From assembly GCA_963674965.2 (NCBI GenBank), contig CAXXFL010000001.1:704001-768000 (forward strand): DNA of 64,000 nucleotides, written 5' to 3'. The translations under genes and the position numbers were made by a program. This stretch comes from a bacterium (lineage in GTDB: Bacteria > RBG-13-61-14 > DATKZS01). Shown here one piece after another: positions 48,522 to 58,315 of the stretch. Each line of letters begins with the position of its first letter. Positions within the stretch are counted from its first letter, which is position 1. The notes under the pieces are model-generated. The model ran no database searches. It saw only the letters and a list, made by a program, of their open reading frames with translations, and was not told the DNA's origin.

Positions 48522-49156
48522 GGATACGTATTTTTGTCTCGCTGTCGGCCGCGATACTCGTCGCGGCCATGCTCGGGCCGTCATGCAAAAAGGAGAAGCG
48601 GCCGGTCCCCGGCGCGTCGAACTCCTTCAGCTATACCGCCGTCCCCGCCAGGGAGGAGCGGGACCGCGTCTTTCAGCGGGTCGAGGTCAAACGCGACGGC
48701 GAAAGGTTCAGCTATAAAGTCCTCGAGTACAATCCCTCGGCCCACTCGGATTATACTCCCACCTTGTGGATACTCCACGACGGTAAAAAGCTTTATCGTT
48801 TTTATGGCGACCAGGAACTCACGTCCGAGGAAAGCCCGGACGACGAGTGGCTCGAGCACTTGGGCCGGGCCATCATCAATCCCGTCTGGGAGCGGCACCT
48901 CGAGGACATGCAAGGCAAAATCCAAACCGAGCGAGTGGAAGAGATAGTGGTGCAAGGAGAAATAGTCAAGAGGTATAAGGTGGCCATGGCGGCTTCCACC
49001 AATCTTCTGGCCGTGCTCGGCGAGGACGACATGGTCTATTACGACGTGAATCAAGACGGCCTCATCCTCCGGGCCGGACCAATGGAGTTGACGAAGGTTA
49101 AGCTGGACCCGGAATTTTCGCCCCTCGATTTTTGCCCGCCATCTTCAGATGAATAG
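48518..49156 (+). CDS. Hypothetical lipoprotein
   Basis: TTG overlapping previous stop; hydrophobic leader ending LGPSC. Confidence 0.65.
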   Translation: MRIRIFVSLSAAILVAAMLGPSCKKEKRPVPGASNSFSYTAVPAREERDRVFQRVEVKRDGERFSYKVLEYNPSAHSDYTPTLWILHDGKKLYRFYGDQELTSEESPDDEWLEHLGRAIINPVWERHLEDMQGKIQTERVEEIVVQGEIVKRYKVAMAASTNLLAVLGEDDMVYYDVNQDGLILRAGPMELTKVKLDPEFSPLDFCPPSSDE

Positions 49157-49351
49157 CGGCAACCCTCAAAATGCCAGGATAGGATGAAGCGCTCTTGGCG
49201 GCCATTACCCTTCGATCGTGAGGACGTCGCAGTACATCTCATGTTTGAATGAAAAACAGTTGATCCTTCCGGATTATGGCGCTATTGTAATTATTGACCA
49301 ATATTGAGCCAAGCGGTTGGCTGTATCTTGCAATGTGAGGAGGGGCTTGAA

Positions 49352-49750
49352 TTGAAAGAGATAATAAATAAATTTTACCGGCTTAGATACGATGAAAAGG
49401 AAAACCGCGTTTATTTCGATTGTATGGGAAACTGGACTTCCCGTGAGGTTACGCCCGATTTCGTCAAGGACTGGGAGACCATAATCGAGAATTGCAAGAC
49501 AGGCTGGACTATTATCGGAGACCTCAGGAAAGTCGAATATTTATCCGATGACGCCCAGGCGTGGCACGCGGAGGCTCAAAAAAAATGCATGGAAAACGGC
49601 GTAAGAAAAGTCGCCCAGGTGGCGCCCATGGAAACGGCGGCGACTTGTATAGCGTTCTCGAGGCAGTCCGGCATGAAAAAAGTCCTATGGGCTTTTACCA
49701 AGCCTGAAGACGCCATCGAATGGCTGGACGACAAAATCAGCTTTGATTAA
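49352..49750 (+). CDS. Hypothetical protein, SpoIIAA/STAS-like
   Basis: GAGGAGG RBS; DLR..GVRKVAQV..FTKPEDAIEWL pattern. Confidence 0.65.
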   Translation: MKEIINKFYRLRYDEKENRVYFDCMGNWTSREVTPDFVKDWETIIENCKTGWTIIGDLRKVEYLSDDAQAWHAEAQKKCMENGVRKVAQVAPMETAATCIAFSRQSGMKKVLWAFTKPEDAIEWLDDKISFD

Positions 49751-49923
49751 TTTATCGAGATAATTCCCTTTTTTTGGCGCCGTCCGCGAACTTCTCCGGC
49801 TTCGCGGACGTTATTACTCCTTGGGCTGGACGCGTGGACCTGGAGGTATTAAAGCCGATTCCGTCTATTGTCCGGTCCTTTCAGCGGCAAAGAACGTCTT
49901 CCGGGCGCTACGTGAAAAATCCC

Positions 49924-49950
49924 TCAAGTTATTCCCCTTCGATCCGATAA
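49924..49950 (+). promoter_or_regulatory. Putative sigma28 (FliA) promoter
   Basis: TCAAGTTA-N11-TCCGATAA vs consensus TAAAGTTT-N11-GCCGATAA. Confidence 0.65.
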
Positions 49951-49989
49951 GCTTATTTGATAGGGCCATCAGGCGTTGGAGGTCTTGCC

Positions 49990-51081
49990 ATGATAATAAG
50001 CTCGTCGGAAATAACTCTTTCCAGTTCGCGCGTCTTCGCTTCCCACTCGGAGCAAAAAACCTCGGCCCGCGTCTGGAGGGGCGCTCCTCCAGCCGGGGAG
50101 TACGATAATCGGACCGGCGGGGCAAGCGGTCCCGAGAAATCTTCATCATCGCTCCTTAAAGCCGACCTGGTCGAGATATCCAAAGCGGCTCAAAGCTCTT
50201 GGTTCGAGTCGGTCTCCGAGGTCAATAAAAAGGATGAGCCGGCCATGGATTCCCGCGAGCTTTTCAAGGCTCGCCTGCTGAAGGCCCTGCTTGAAAAAGC
50301 CACGGGCAAGAAAATCGAGATTTACCTTCCCGACAACCTGGAGAACGCTGAAGGTAAGGAGGAGAGCCGGCCGGAGAGCGGGGGAGGAACGACTTCTCCC
50401 CCGCTCCTTGGCTGGGGAATCGAGGTCCATAGCCTCGAGACCCGGGCCGAGGTGGAGATTACCGAGTTCAAAGGACAAGGAGTCGTCACCACCGCCGACG
50501 GCCGACGGATAAAGTTCTCGGTCACGGCGGGGATGAGCCGGGAATGGCTTGAAACGAGCGAGACCACCATCAGGATGGGTGACGCTGCCCGACTCGCCGA
50601 CCCCCTGGCCATAAGCTTCGAGGGGGCCGTGACCGATCTGACCGAGCAAAAATACGACTTCGATCTTAACGCCGACGGCGAGGTGGAAAGGATTTCATTC
50701 CTCCAGGAGGGCGCCGCCTTCCTGGCCATCGACCACAATGGTGACGGGACCATTAACGACGGCTCCGAGCTTTTCGGTCCCACCACCGGCGATGGATGGG
50801 CCGAGCTGGTCAGGTACGACAAGGACGAGAACGGCTGGATCGACGAGGCCGACTCGATCTACTCGAGCCTTAAGTTATGGTCGAAATCGGCGGCGGGCGA
50901 GGACAAGGTTTACTCGCTTTACGAAAAAGAAGTAGGGGCCATTTACCTGGGAAACGTCGACACGGCCTTCGACCTTCGCGACGCGGGCAATACTCTCGAG
51001 GGCAAAGTCCGGACCTCGGGAGTGTATCTCAATGAGGACGGCTCGGCCGGGGTAATCCAGCAGGTGGACCTGGCGGTATAG
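49990..51081 (+). CDS. Conserved hypothetical protein with DxNxDG Ca-binding loops
   Basis: DPL, FDLNADG, DHNGDG..GSELFG, YDKDENGWIDE, QQVDL; GGAGG RBS. Confidence 0.8.
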   Translation: MIISSSEITLSSSRVFASHSEQKTSARVWRGAPPAGEYDNRTGGASGPEKSSSSLLKADLVEISKAAQSSWFESVSEVNKKDEPAMDSRELFKARLLKALLEKATGKKIEIYLPDNLENAEGKEESRPESGGGTTSPPLLGWGIEVHSLETRAEVEITEFKGQGVVTTADGRRIKFSVTAGMSREWLETSETTIRMGDAARLADPLAISFEGAVTDLTEQKYDFDLNADGEVERISFLQEGAAFLAIDHNGDGTINDGSELFGPTTGDGWAELVRYDKDENGWIDEADSIYSSLKLWSKSAAGEDKVYSLYEKEVGAIYLGNVDTAFDLRDAGNTLEGKVRTSGVYLNEDGSAGVIQQVDLAV

Positions 51082-51483
51082 GCCGGCCCAGCCGGCAATA
51101 TTAGCTCAGGCTAATCTAATAAATAGCTTTTATTATTTTCTTTAACCGACAAAATAAATCGGATTTACCTTTTTTGTCCGTATCCCTCTCGGCTTAACGC
51201 TAAAATCTCGATTAAGCGCATTTTTATTTCTAAATTAATTACTTGTGATATTAGGGCCTTAAGCGGCAACCTGGACGGGCCGAGCACTTTTTTATTAAAA
51301 CCGCTTGAAATTTCGTCAAAAAACCCCGATAATAAACGTCTGTTCAAGGGAAGTTTTTAAAGGTCTTTCGGTAGTTCTTCTTTTATTCAAATTGCACTTC
51401 AGCGTCTTTACGTCACCGGTGACGTCCCTTTACCGATCGCGGTTTTCCCAATCTTTTTTCTTTAAAATGGAGGATTGTAAAAA

Positions 51484-54150
51484 ATGAAAAAAAGGATCGC
51501 CCTCGCGGCTTTCTTGACTTGCGTCGCGTTGGTTATATCCGCGCTGGCCCAGACCGTGCCTGACCGTATTAACTACCAGGGCCGTCTTTTCGACGGGTCG
51601 GGACTTCCCGTGACCGGCGCCAGCGTGCCCATGGAATTCAGCCTCTGGGACGGGGCCGTTACCATGGACGCCGTCACCGACGAGGAAGTCTGGATCGAGG
51701 GAACCAGCCCCATTTCCCTTGCCCACGGAGACGTCCTTCCGGGCGAGACCGTCACCGTAACCAGGCTGGGCGGGTCTCCGGTATTCGAGAGCCCGAGGGA
51801 TTACGTCGTCGATTATGAGAACGGGACCATCACTCGGTCGCCCTCGGGTTTTATCATTGACGGCGAAACGATCGAGATCGATTATAAATGGATGAACTAT
51901 GGAAACGAGCTTTGGAGCGAGTCCATGGCCGTCGAGGTGGAGGACGGGTTATACTCGATAGCCCTCGGCTCCTCGGTGGGCGTCCCCTACTCGGTCTTCT
52001 CGGGTCCCGAGCTTTTCCTTCAGGTATCCGTGGGCGGCGAAACCCTGTTGCCTCGCGCCTCATTAACTTCCGTGCCTTACGCCATAAACGCGGCCCTGCT
52101 GGGTGGAATGACGGCGGGCGATTTTGCCCTCGCGTCCCATTCCCATGATTTCTCCTATATCGCCGGCCAGGTTACGGACGCGCAAGTACCCGACGATATT
52201 ACTATAATCTATTCGGAAGACGCCGGGTCCCTCGACGGTCTCGATTCTTCCGCCTTCGCCCTTAGTGGACACGCGCATGACTTTGCCGAGATAACCGGGC
52301 AGGTTACCGACGCCCAGGTACCGGACAATATTACCGTAACCCTGGCCGAGAACTCGGACCTTCTTGATGGACTCGACGGGTCGGCCTACGTTCACGCCGC
52401 GGGAGACACGGTCACGGGGCCTCTCACGGTGCAGGGAAAGCTCCAGGCCCAATCTATCTTCGAGTCGCAAACGGACGCCATCTTTCATGGGCAGATAGGA
52501 TTGGGGCGAGCGCCCGCGTCGAATTACGGGATCATTCAGGACCATGCCAGTCCGAAGCAATACGGGGCCGCCTTCTACGGCACGAGCCAGGGAGTACTTG
52601 GCGGTTGGGCCAACGACCCGGGCAATAACTACGCCTATTTAGGAAGCCAAAATTACGGGGTCTACGCCCGGGCCGGGTCTTCCGGCTCGATGTCCAATCA
52701 GTTCGCGGGCCGGTTTACAGCCCTGTCTCAGAAAGCCGCGTATGGAGTGTACGGCTACGCCAACGGATATAGCGTCGACCCGTCCTTCGGCCTCTACGGA
52801 TACGGTTACAATACGGGCGCCTCCAGCTCCGTCTATGGCGTCTATGGCATAGGCCAAGGCGCGGGAGCCTCCAACTCAGCCGTCGGCGGTTTCTTTACCT
52901 CCCTGGGAAGCTCGGCGGCGTCAAATTACGGCGCGCGGGCGACGGGCTACAACAGTGGAAGCGGAGACGCCTACGGCGCCTACTTTAACACCAACAACGT
53001 GGGAAGCGGAACGCATTACGGCGTGTACGCCCAAAGCGAAGACTATCCGGCCGTTTTCGCCAACGACCTGGGTCCCGACGTTTACCGGGTAACGATAAGC
53101 GCCCCCGACGAGGGCGTTGAAATTCTGAGCGGGACCTCGGTATCGACCGGTACCAGGAAGGGCCTGGCCATGGCCGCGGCCAATAGCGAGGCGCTTACTG
53201 GAATAGACATGGACGTCGACGGCTACTCGACTTCATACTATACCTACGGTATCGACATGGACGTCATAGGACACAACAACGACGCGGTCGGCATAAGGCT
53301 TGGCCTTAGCGCCATGGACAACGCCAGGGGCATCGAGGTCCGGGTCGACAGCGAGGACACGAGCGGCACGGGCATGGGAATCTTTAGCGCCGTGAATATG
53401 CACGACAATAACGACTACGCCTACGGCGTTTATTCGACGGTATCTGGAAACACGGGAAACGGACCTCAATACGGCGTATACGGCGCCGCCAATGGCCAGG
53501 TCTTCGGCTACACCTACGGAGTATACGGCTACGCGCACAACGACCCCGGCGTCGCCTACGGCGTTTACGGCAAGGCGGGCAGACAAGACGACTACGCGGG
53601 TTATTTTTCGTATGGAAAGGTGAGAGTGGGAGACGGCGGCACGGAGAACCACGTCAACGGAAGCGGGGACCTTTTCGTGGCGGACGACGTGGAGGTGGGG
53701 GGCGGCTATTACTACGCCGCTTCCAAAACCATGTATTTCTCGGTCCCGCTGGTGGGCCAATACGACGGGAGCGCCGGTACCGAATGGGACCCGAGCACCG
53801 CCGGCTTCTCGTGCCCGGGAGGAGTGACTTGCGGAAGCTATATAGGAGTCAACCTGCCGCATGGGGCGGTGGTTACGGCGGTCAGGGCGTGGGGGAACAC
53901 GTCCGCCGCTTCTCACTTTTTCGAACTTTCTCTTTACAGGAAGGACCTGGACTCCAGTTCTAATAGTACCATGGCGTTCATGTATTCCAGCGACGTCGAT
54001 ATGAATATTGAGGACGCGACTATAGCCAATCCGACTATCGACAACGAAAATTTCTCGTATAAGATTTATATTAATGAGGGAACGACCAGGGCCGACGTCG
54101 TCAGGCTTTATGGAATAAGAATAGATTACACCGTGGAAGGTCCTCAATAG
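51484..54150 (+). CDS. Secreted fibre/adhesin-like protein with YGVYG repeats
   Basis: Sec signal, INYQGRL, SVPYA, 44-aa internal duplication, many (A/Y)GVYG repeats. Confidence 0.8.
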   Translation: MKKRIALAAFLTCVALVISALAQTVPDRINYQGRLFDGSGLPVTGASVPMEFSLWDGAVTMDAVTDEEVWIEGTSPISLAHGDVLPGETVTVTRLGGSPVFESPRDYVVDYENGTITRSPSGFIIDGETIEIDYKWMNYGNELWSESMAVEVEDGLYSIALGSSVGVPYSVFSGPELFLQVSVGGETLLPRASLTSVPYAINAALLGGMTAGDFALASHSHDFSYIAGQVTDAQVPDDITIIYSEDAGSLDGLDSSAFALSGHAHDFAEITGQVTDAQVPDNITVTLAENSDLLDGLDGSAYVHAAGDTVTGPLTVQGKLQAQSIFESQTDAIFHGQIGLGRAPASNYGIIQDHASPKQYGAAFYGTSQGVLGGWANDPGNNYAYLGSQNYGVYARAGSSGSMSNQFAGRFTALSQKAAYGVYGYANGYSVDPSFGLYGYGYNTGASSSVYGVYGIGQGAGASNSAVGGFFTSLGSSAASNYGARATGYNSGSGDAYGAYFNTNNVGSGTHYGVYAQSEDYPAVFANDLGPDVYRVTISAPDEGVEILSGTSVSTGTRKGLAMAAANSEALTGIDMDVDGYSTSYYTYGIDMDVIGHNNDAVGIRLGLSAMDNARGIEVRVDSEDTSGTGMGIFSAVNMHDNNDYAYGVYSTVSGNTGNGPQYGVYGAANGQVFGYTYGVYGYAHNDPGVAYGVYGKAGRQDDYAGYFSYGKVRVGDGGTENHVNGSGDLFVADDVEVGGGYYYAASKTMYFSVPLVGQYDGSAGTEWDPSTAGFSCPGGVTCGSYIGVNLPHGAVVTAVRAWGNTSAASHFFELSLYRKDLDSSSNSTMAFMYSSDVDMNIEDATIANPTIDNENFSYKIYINEGTTRADVVRLYGIRIDYTVEGPQ
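52096..52390 (+). repeat. Intragenic tandem duplication, 132-nt period
   Basis: HSHDFSYIAGQVTDAQVPDDIT / HAHDFAEITGQVTDAQVPDNIT (cores at 52168 and 52300). Confidence 0.8.
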
Positions 54151-54170
54151 GGAAGGCTCGATATCTCTCG

Positions 54171-54199
54171 AACGGCCGGGCTCGATACCCGGCCGTTTT
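54171..54199. terminator. Intrinsic terminator between convergent genes
   Basis: AACGGCCGGG-7-CCCGGCCGTT-TT. Confidence 0.8.
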
Positions 54200-54218
54200 C
54201 ATTGGAACCATTACGCGG

Positions 54219-55325
54219 CTACATCGAGGTCCTGGCGGTGGTAAAGGCCTCGATCCGCTTTGTTACCACCTCGTATCCGATGCCGGGCTTTTCGGAAAGC
54301 TCGATATGTCCGTCCTCCATGATGACGGCGGGCTCGATAATGTCCTCCTCCCAGTAGCGGTCGCTGGCGGACACGTCGCCCGGAAGGGAGAACTCGGCGA
54401 GCGAGGCCAGGGCCAGGTTATGGGCCCGTCCGATGCCGGTCTCGAGCATGCCCCCCGTCCATACGGCTATTCCGTTTCGGAGGCATTCCCTTGCCAGCTC
54501 GCGGCCGGCCAGGAGTCCGCCCACCCTGCCGAACTTGACGTTCACTATCCTGCAAGAACCCAGGGCCACGGCGGCCCGGAGGTCCTCGATCCCCCGGATG
54601 GACTCGTCCAGGCACACGTGGGTCCGGATTCTTTTCTGAAGCTCCGCGTGATCGGCCAGGTCCTGAGGACCGAGAGGCTGCTCGATCATGATAAGGTTGA
54701 ATTTCGATATGGCCTCGAGAAGAGAAAGGTCGGAAATGGTATAGCAAGAGTTGGCGTCGACCATGAGGTTGATATCCTCGAAGCTCTCGCGCACTCCTGA
54801 AAGGACACCCACGTCGCGGCCGGGCTTCACCTTAAGCTTGATCCGCTGATATCCCTCGTCAAGGGCCCACCGGATCCGGTCGAAAAGGACCCCCTGGTCG
54901 TCCTCGATGCCCAGGCTCACTCCCGCGGGGATAAGGGTCCTCGACCCGCCCAGCCACCTGTGGATCGGCTCGCCGATGGATTTGCAATAAAGATCGATGA
55001 ACGCGCTTTCCACGCCGGTCCTGGAAAAAGGATACCCCGTTATGGCGCCGATCTCGGCCGCCAGGTCCTCCGGCGTCTCGAAGGACTTTCCCACTACCCG
55101 GGGGAAGACGTACTTCTCGAGAACAAGAAGAGAAACGGGAGGCGTTTCATAACAATAGTCCGGACACTCGCTGACGGCGGCCTCCCCCCAGCCCGTGAGG
55201 CCTTCCGACTCGAGTTTCACGAGCACCGTTTCGCGCTCGGTCTGCCGGCCGTAACTGGTCTCGAAGGCAAACTTAAGTGGAATTTTTACGGAGACGGCCT
55301 CCGCTCGCTCGATTTTCAAAACCAA
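54219..55325 (-). CDS. menC: o-Succinylbenzoate synthase / N-acylamino acid racemase (enolase superfamily)
   Basis: FETSYG, KLKVKP, VDAN, IEQP, LDES, GGMLETG, GDVSAS. Confidence 0.85.
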   Translation of the reverse strand: MVLKIERAEAVSVKIPLKFAFETSYGRQTERETVLVKLESEGLTGWGEAAVSECPDYCYETPPVSLLVLEKYVFPRVVGKSFETPEDLAAEIGAITGYPFSRTGVESAFIDLYCKSIGEPIHRWLGGSRTLIPAGVSLGIEDDQGVLFDRIRWALDEGYQRIKLKVKPGRDVGVLSGVRESFEDINLMVDANSCYTISDLSLLEAISKFNLIMIEQPLGPQDLADHAELQKRIRTHVCLDESIRGIEDLRAAVALGSCRIVNVKFGRVGGLLAGRELARECLRNGIAVWTGGMLETGIGRAHNLALASLAEFSLPGDVSASDRYWEEDIIEPAVIMEDGHIELSEKPGIGYEVVTKRIEAFTTARTSM

Positions 55326-55599
55326 ACCTCCATTTTCCGTTTAACCGCGACGTGAATGAAGATGTACCGCGCCTCGAATTCCCGGTTGAAACAAGGCCCC
55401 CTCGGGCTCTCCCCTAACCCGATCCAAACATTATAATCCATCGCGGGTCCCGGTTAAAGCCTCTTTTTCCGGAATCGCGCTCGCCTTTCCTTCATTTAAC
55501 TTCCGTTATACCTTGACTGGCAATACAATTGTGGTAGCTTAACTTAAAGACCCTCATCGTTATAGTTATATGCGGCGCGCGCCGCGAAGGAGGCTTCCC

Positions 55600-56889
55600 A
55601 TGAAAAGGATGGAAACCGACGTCGTCATAGCCGGCTCCGGTCCGGGCGGAGGGACGCTCGCCCGGGAACTGACCCGTCGAGGCAAGAACGTGGTAATAGT
55701 CGAGAGGGGCGGGTGGCAGAACTGGCCGCTGGGCACGCTGGCTTCCATGGCCACGGTCACTCAGATGATCCGCTCGACCAGCGGCGGGCTCATGGGCCGG
55801 GGCATCACGGCCGGCGGCTCGTCCGTGGTTTTTAACGGCAACGCCTACGAGCCTCCCACCTGGTTAAAGGAGGAGCTTGGCATCGACCTTGCCGAGGAGG
55901 TGGCCGAGGCCAGGGAGGAGGCCGGGGTCAAGGTCCTGCCCGATTCCTTTTACGACCGCTGGCCCGCCACCCGGAGGCTGATCGAGGCCGCGGGCGAGGC
56001 GGACGTGGCCCTGCTTCCGCAGAAGAAATTCATCAACCCCGACAAATGCGTGAACGGCTGCGACGACTGCATGCTCGGGTGCCGCCATGGCGCCAAATGG
56101 ACCTCCCGGACCTATATCAAGGAGGCCATGGAGGGAGGCGCCAGAATACTGACTCGCACCAAGGTCAACTCGGTCATCAGAGACAATGGCGAGGCAAAAG
56201 GAGTCAATATAAGCGGTCCCGACGGGATCGAGGAAATCCGGGCCGAAAAGGTCGTGCTCGCCGCCGGCGGCATCGGGACGCCCATTATTCTTTTGCGCTC
56301 GGGCGTCGACGCGGGCGAGGGTTTCTTTATCGATCCCATGAACGTGATCATGGGCGTGGGCAAGGACAAGGGCACCCTGGGCGAGATGAGCTTCTCCGTG
56401 GCCAGTGAGGAGTTCGTCGAGAGCGACGGCTTTTTGGTGGGCACGGTGGGGGCCTTCATGGTCTGGTCGGCCCAGCTTACGCGGCTCGAGAGCTTCAAGG
56501 CCATTTTCCGTTCCCACCAGTACAAGCGGATCATGGGCATGTTCACCAAGATCGGCGACACCCCCGGCGGCCGCATCCACGCGGACGGCACGATCGAGAA
56601 GCCCTATCCCGCCGAGGACCAGGTCAAGTTCGAAAAGGGGACCAAGGCCTGCCGCGATATCCTGGTCGGGGCGGGGGCCGATCCCGACTCGATCACCGTG
56701 GCCCGCGACATCGGCGGACACCCGGGCGGCACGGCGGCCATCGGCCGGGTCGTCGGCAAGGACCTGCAGGTCAATGGGGTCAAGGGCCTTTACGTGTGCG
56801 ACGCGTCCGTGTTCCCCCGTTCTCCCGGCAGGCCGCCCACCTTGACCCTCATATCTTTGGCCAAGCACCTGGCGAAGAACCTCCAGTGA
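55600..56889 (+). CDS. GMC family FAD oxidoreductase with Cys cluster
   Basis: GSGPGG, GGSS, CVNGCDDCMLGC, LAAGGIGTP, HPGGT, DASVFP..PTLT. Confidence 0.88.
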   Translation: MKRMETDVVIAGSGPGGGTLARELTRRGKNVVIVERGGWQNWPLGTLASMATVTQMIRSTSGGLMGRGITAGGSSVVFNGNAYEPPTWLKEELGIDLAEEVAEAREEAGVKVLPDSFYDRWPATRRLIEAAGEADVALLPQKKFINPDKCVNGCDDCMLGCRHGAKWTSRTYIKEAMEGGARILTRTKVNSVIRDNGEAKGVNISGPDGIEEIRAEKVVLAAGGIGTPIILLRSGVDAGEGFFIDPMNVIMGVGKDKGTLGEMSFSVASEEFVESDGFLVGTVGAFMVWSAQLTRLESFKAIFRSHQYKRIMGMFTKIGDTPGGRIHADGTIEKPYPAEDQVKFEKGTKACRDILVGAGADPDSITVARDIGGHPGGTAAIGRVVGKDLQVNGVKGLYVCDASVFPRSPGRPPTLTLISLAKHLAKNLQ

Positions 56890-56901
56890 CGGAAGACGCG
56901 A

Positions 56902-58314
56902 ATGCAGGAACTTAAGCCCTTACAGATGCTCCACGAGCTCTACGACGACAGGGTCATGGCCTTCGGCGAGAGGGCCCTCAAAAACGAAGCCGCCGTGATG
57001 AGAAGGTGGAAACTGTTAAGGGCGCTGGGTAAGCTGGGCAAGCCCCTGCTCCGCTTCGAGAACCTCCTCGGCGTCCAGAAAAGAATGGCCCTCGAGCTGG
57101 CGAGCAGCCAATCGGTCAACATGGAAATCCATTGGGCGCTGCATCCGCTTCACCTGGCCCTCAAGGAATACATCGAGCGCCTCTTTGAATGCGAATACGA
57201 AAACAAGCGCCCCCTCGCCTGGCTCGAGTGGTGCGTGAGCACGGACCTGCTTTACGCTTTCGACGCCCAGCCCATGTGCTCGGAGGGGCTGGTGGCCATC
57301 CTTTTACTTCTAAACCCCGAGTATAATCTTCAGCTTATCGACATAGGAGAGGCCGCCGGCGTGCCGAGCGAGTATTGCTCGGCCTCGAAGAACGCGGTCG
57401 GGGCCGCGCTGGGCGGACAGCTTCCGACCCCCGACTGCATCGTCACCAGTTCCCACCCATGCGACAGCATCGTCAGCTCGTACCAGTCCCTCGAGTACCT
57501 GTCCCGCGTTCCCACCTTCAGGCTCGATACTCCTTATTGGGACGACGCTCGCTCGGTGGACTTTTACGCCCAGGAGATGAAGGACCTCGTCGCCTTCCTG
57601 GAGAAGAACTTCAATAAGAAGCTCGATTACGACCGCCTCCGCGAAGTGATTGACGACGTCAACAAGACCAACAACTACATGATGGAAGTTTGCGAGATGT
57701 ACGCCAACGTGCCCTGCCCCGGCTCGATCTTTTCCACCGTCTTCGGGTGGGTGGCGCGCATACTCGGGCAAGGAACGCCCCTGGTCACGGAATGCTCGAG
57801 GCGGCTGCACCAGGTTACCAGGAAGAGGGTCGAGAACGGACTCGGCACCATCAAGAACGAAAAGATACGGGTCATCTGGCTTGACGTTCCCATCGCCTAC
57901 TATCCCATCGTCACCTGGATGGAGGAAACCTTCGGCGCCGTCATCGTGACGGACATAGTGACCTTCCTGAAAACGCCCGATATCGACACCTCGACCAACG
58001 AGTCCATGCTGAGAGGGCTGGGAGAGTCCTACATGAACCTGGCCATGGCCCGCCAGTTCCACGGGCCGATCGAGCTTTTCATGCGCGACTTGACCCACGT
58101 GTGCGAGACCTTCAGCGGCGACTGCTTCATCTTCGCCGGCCACCAGGGATGCAAGCATATATGGGCCAGCACCAAAATCCTGGCCGATTATCTCAAGGAA
58201 ATCGAAATGCCTCTTCTTCTTCTTTCCACCGACATCTTCGACCGCCGGGTCACCCATGAGGACCAGGTAAAAAGACAGATCACGGAATTCTTCGTGTCCA
58301 ACGGGCTGGCGTGA
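56902..58314 (+). CDS. 2-hydroxyacyl-CoA dehydratase family subunit (HgdA/B-like)
   Basis: EYCS, HPCD, LDYDRL, HQGCK. Confidence 0.85.
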   Translation: MQELKPLQMLHELYDDRVMAFGERALKNEAAVMRRWKLLRALGKLGKPLLRFENLLGVQKRMALELASSQSVNMEIHWALHPLHLALKEYIERLFECEYENKRPLAWLEWCVSTDLLYAFDAQPMCSEGLVAILLLLNPEYNLQLIDIGEAAGVPSEYCSASKNAVGAALGGQLPTPDCIVTSSHPCDSIVSSYQSLEYLSRVPTFRLDTPYWDDARSVDFYAQEMKDLVAFLEKNFNKKLDYDRLREVIDDVNKTNNYMMEVCEMYANVPCPGSIFSTVFGWVARILGQGTPLVTECSRRLHQVTRKRVENGLGTIKNEKIRVIWLDVPIAYYPIVTWMEETFGAVIVTDIVTFLKTPDIDTSTNESMLRGLGESYMNLAMARQFHGPIELFMRDLTHVCETFSGDCFIFAGHQGCKHIWASTKILADYLKEIEMPLLLLSTDIFDRRVTHEDQVKRQITEFFVSNGLA

Positions 58315-58315
58315 C

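Noticed and set aside
49317-49332. Sigma54 promoter TTGGCTGTATCTTGCA
   Set aside because: GG-to-GC spacing is 9 nt rather than the required 10
51484-54150. Prophage tail gene or DGR target
   Set aside because: Has a Sec signal; no phage genes, reverse transcriptase or adenine-variant template repeat in the window
54219-55325. Menaquinone biosynthesis locus
   Set aside because: No other men genes nearby; this subfamily is often an N-acylamino acid racemase, so the pathway role is unproven
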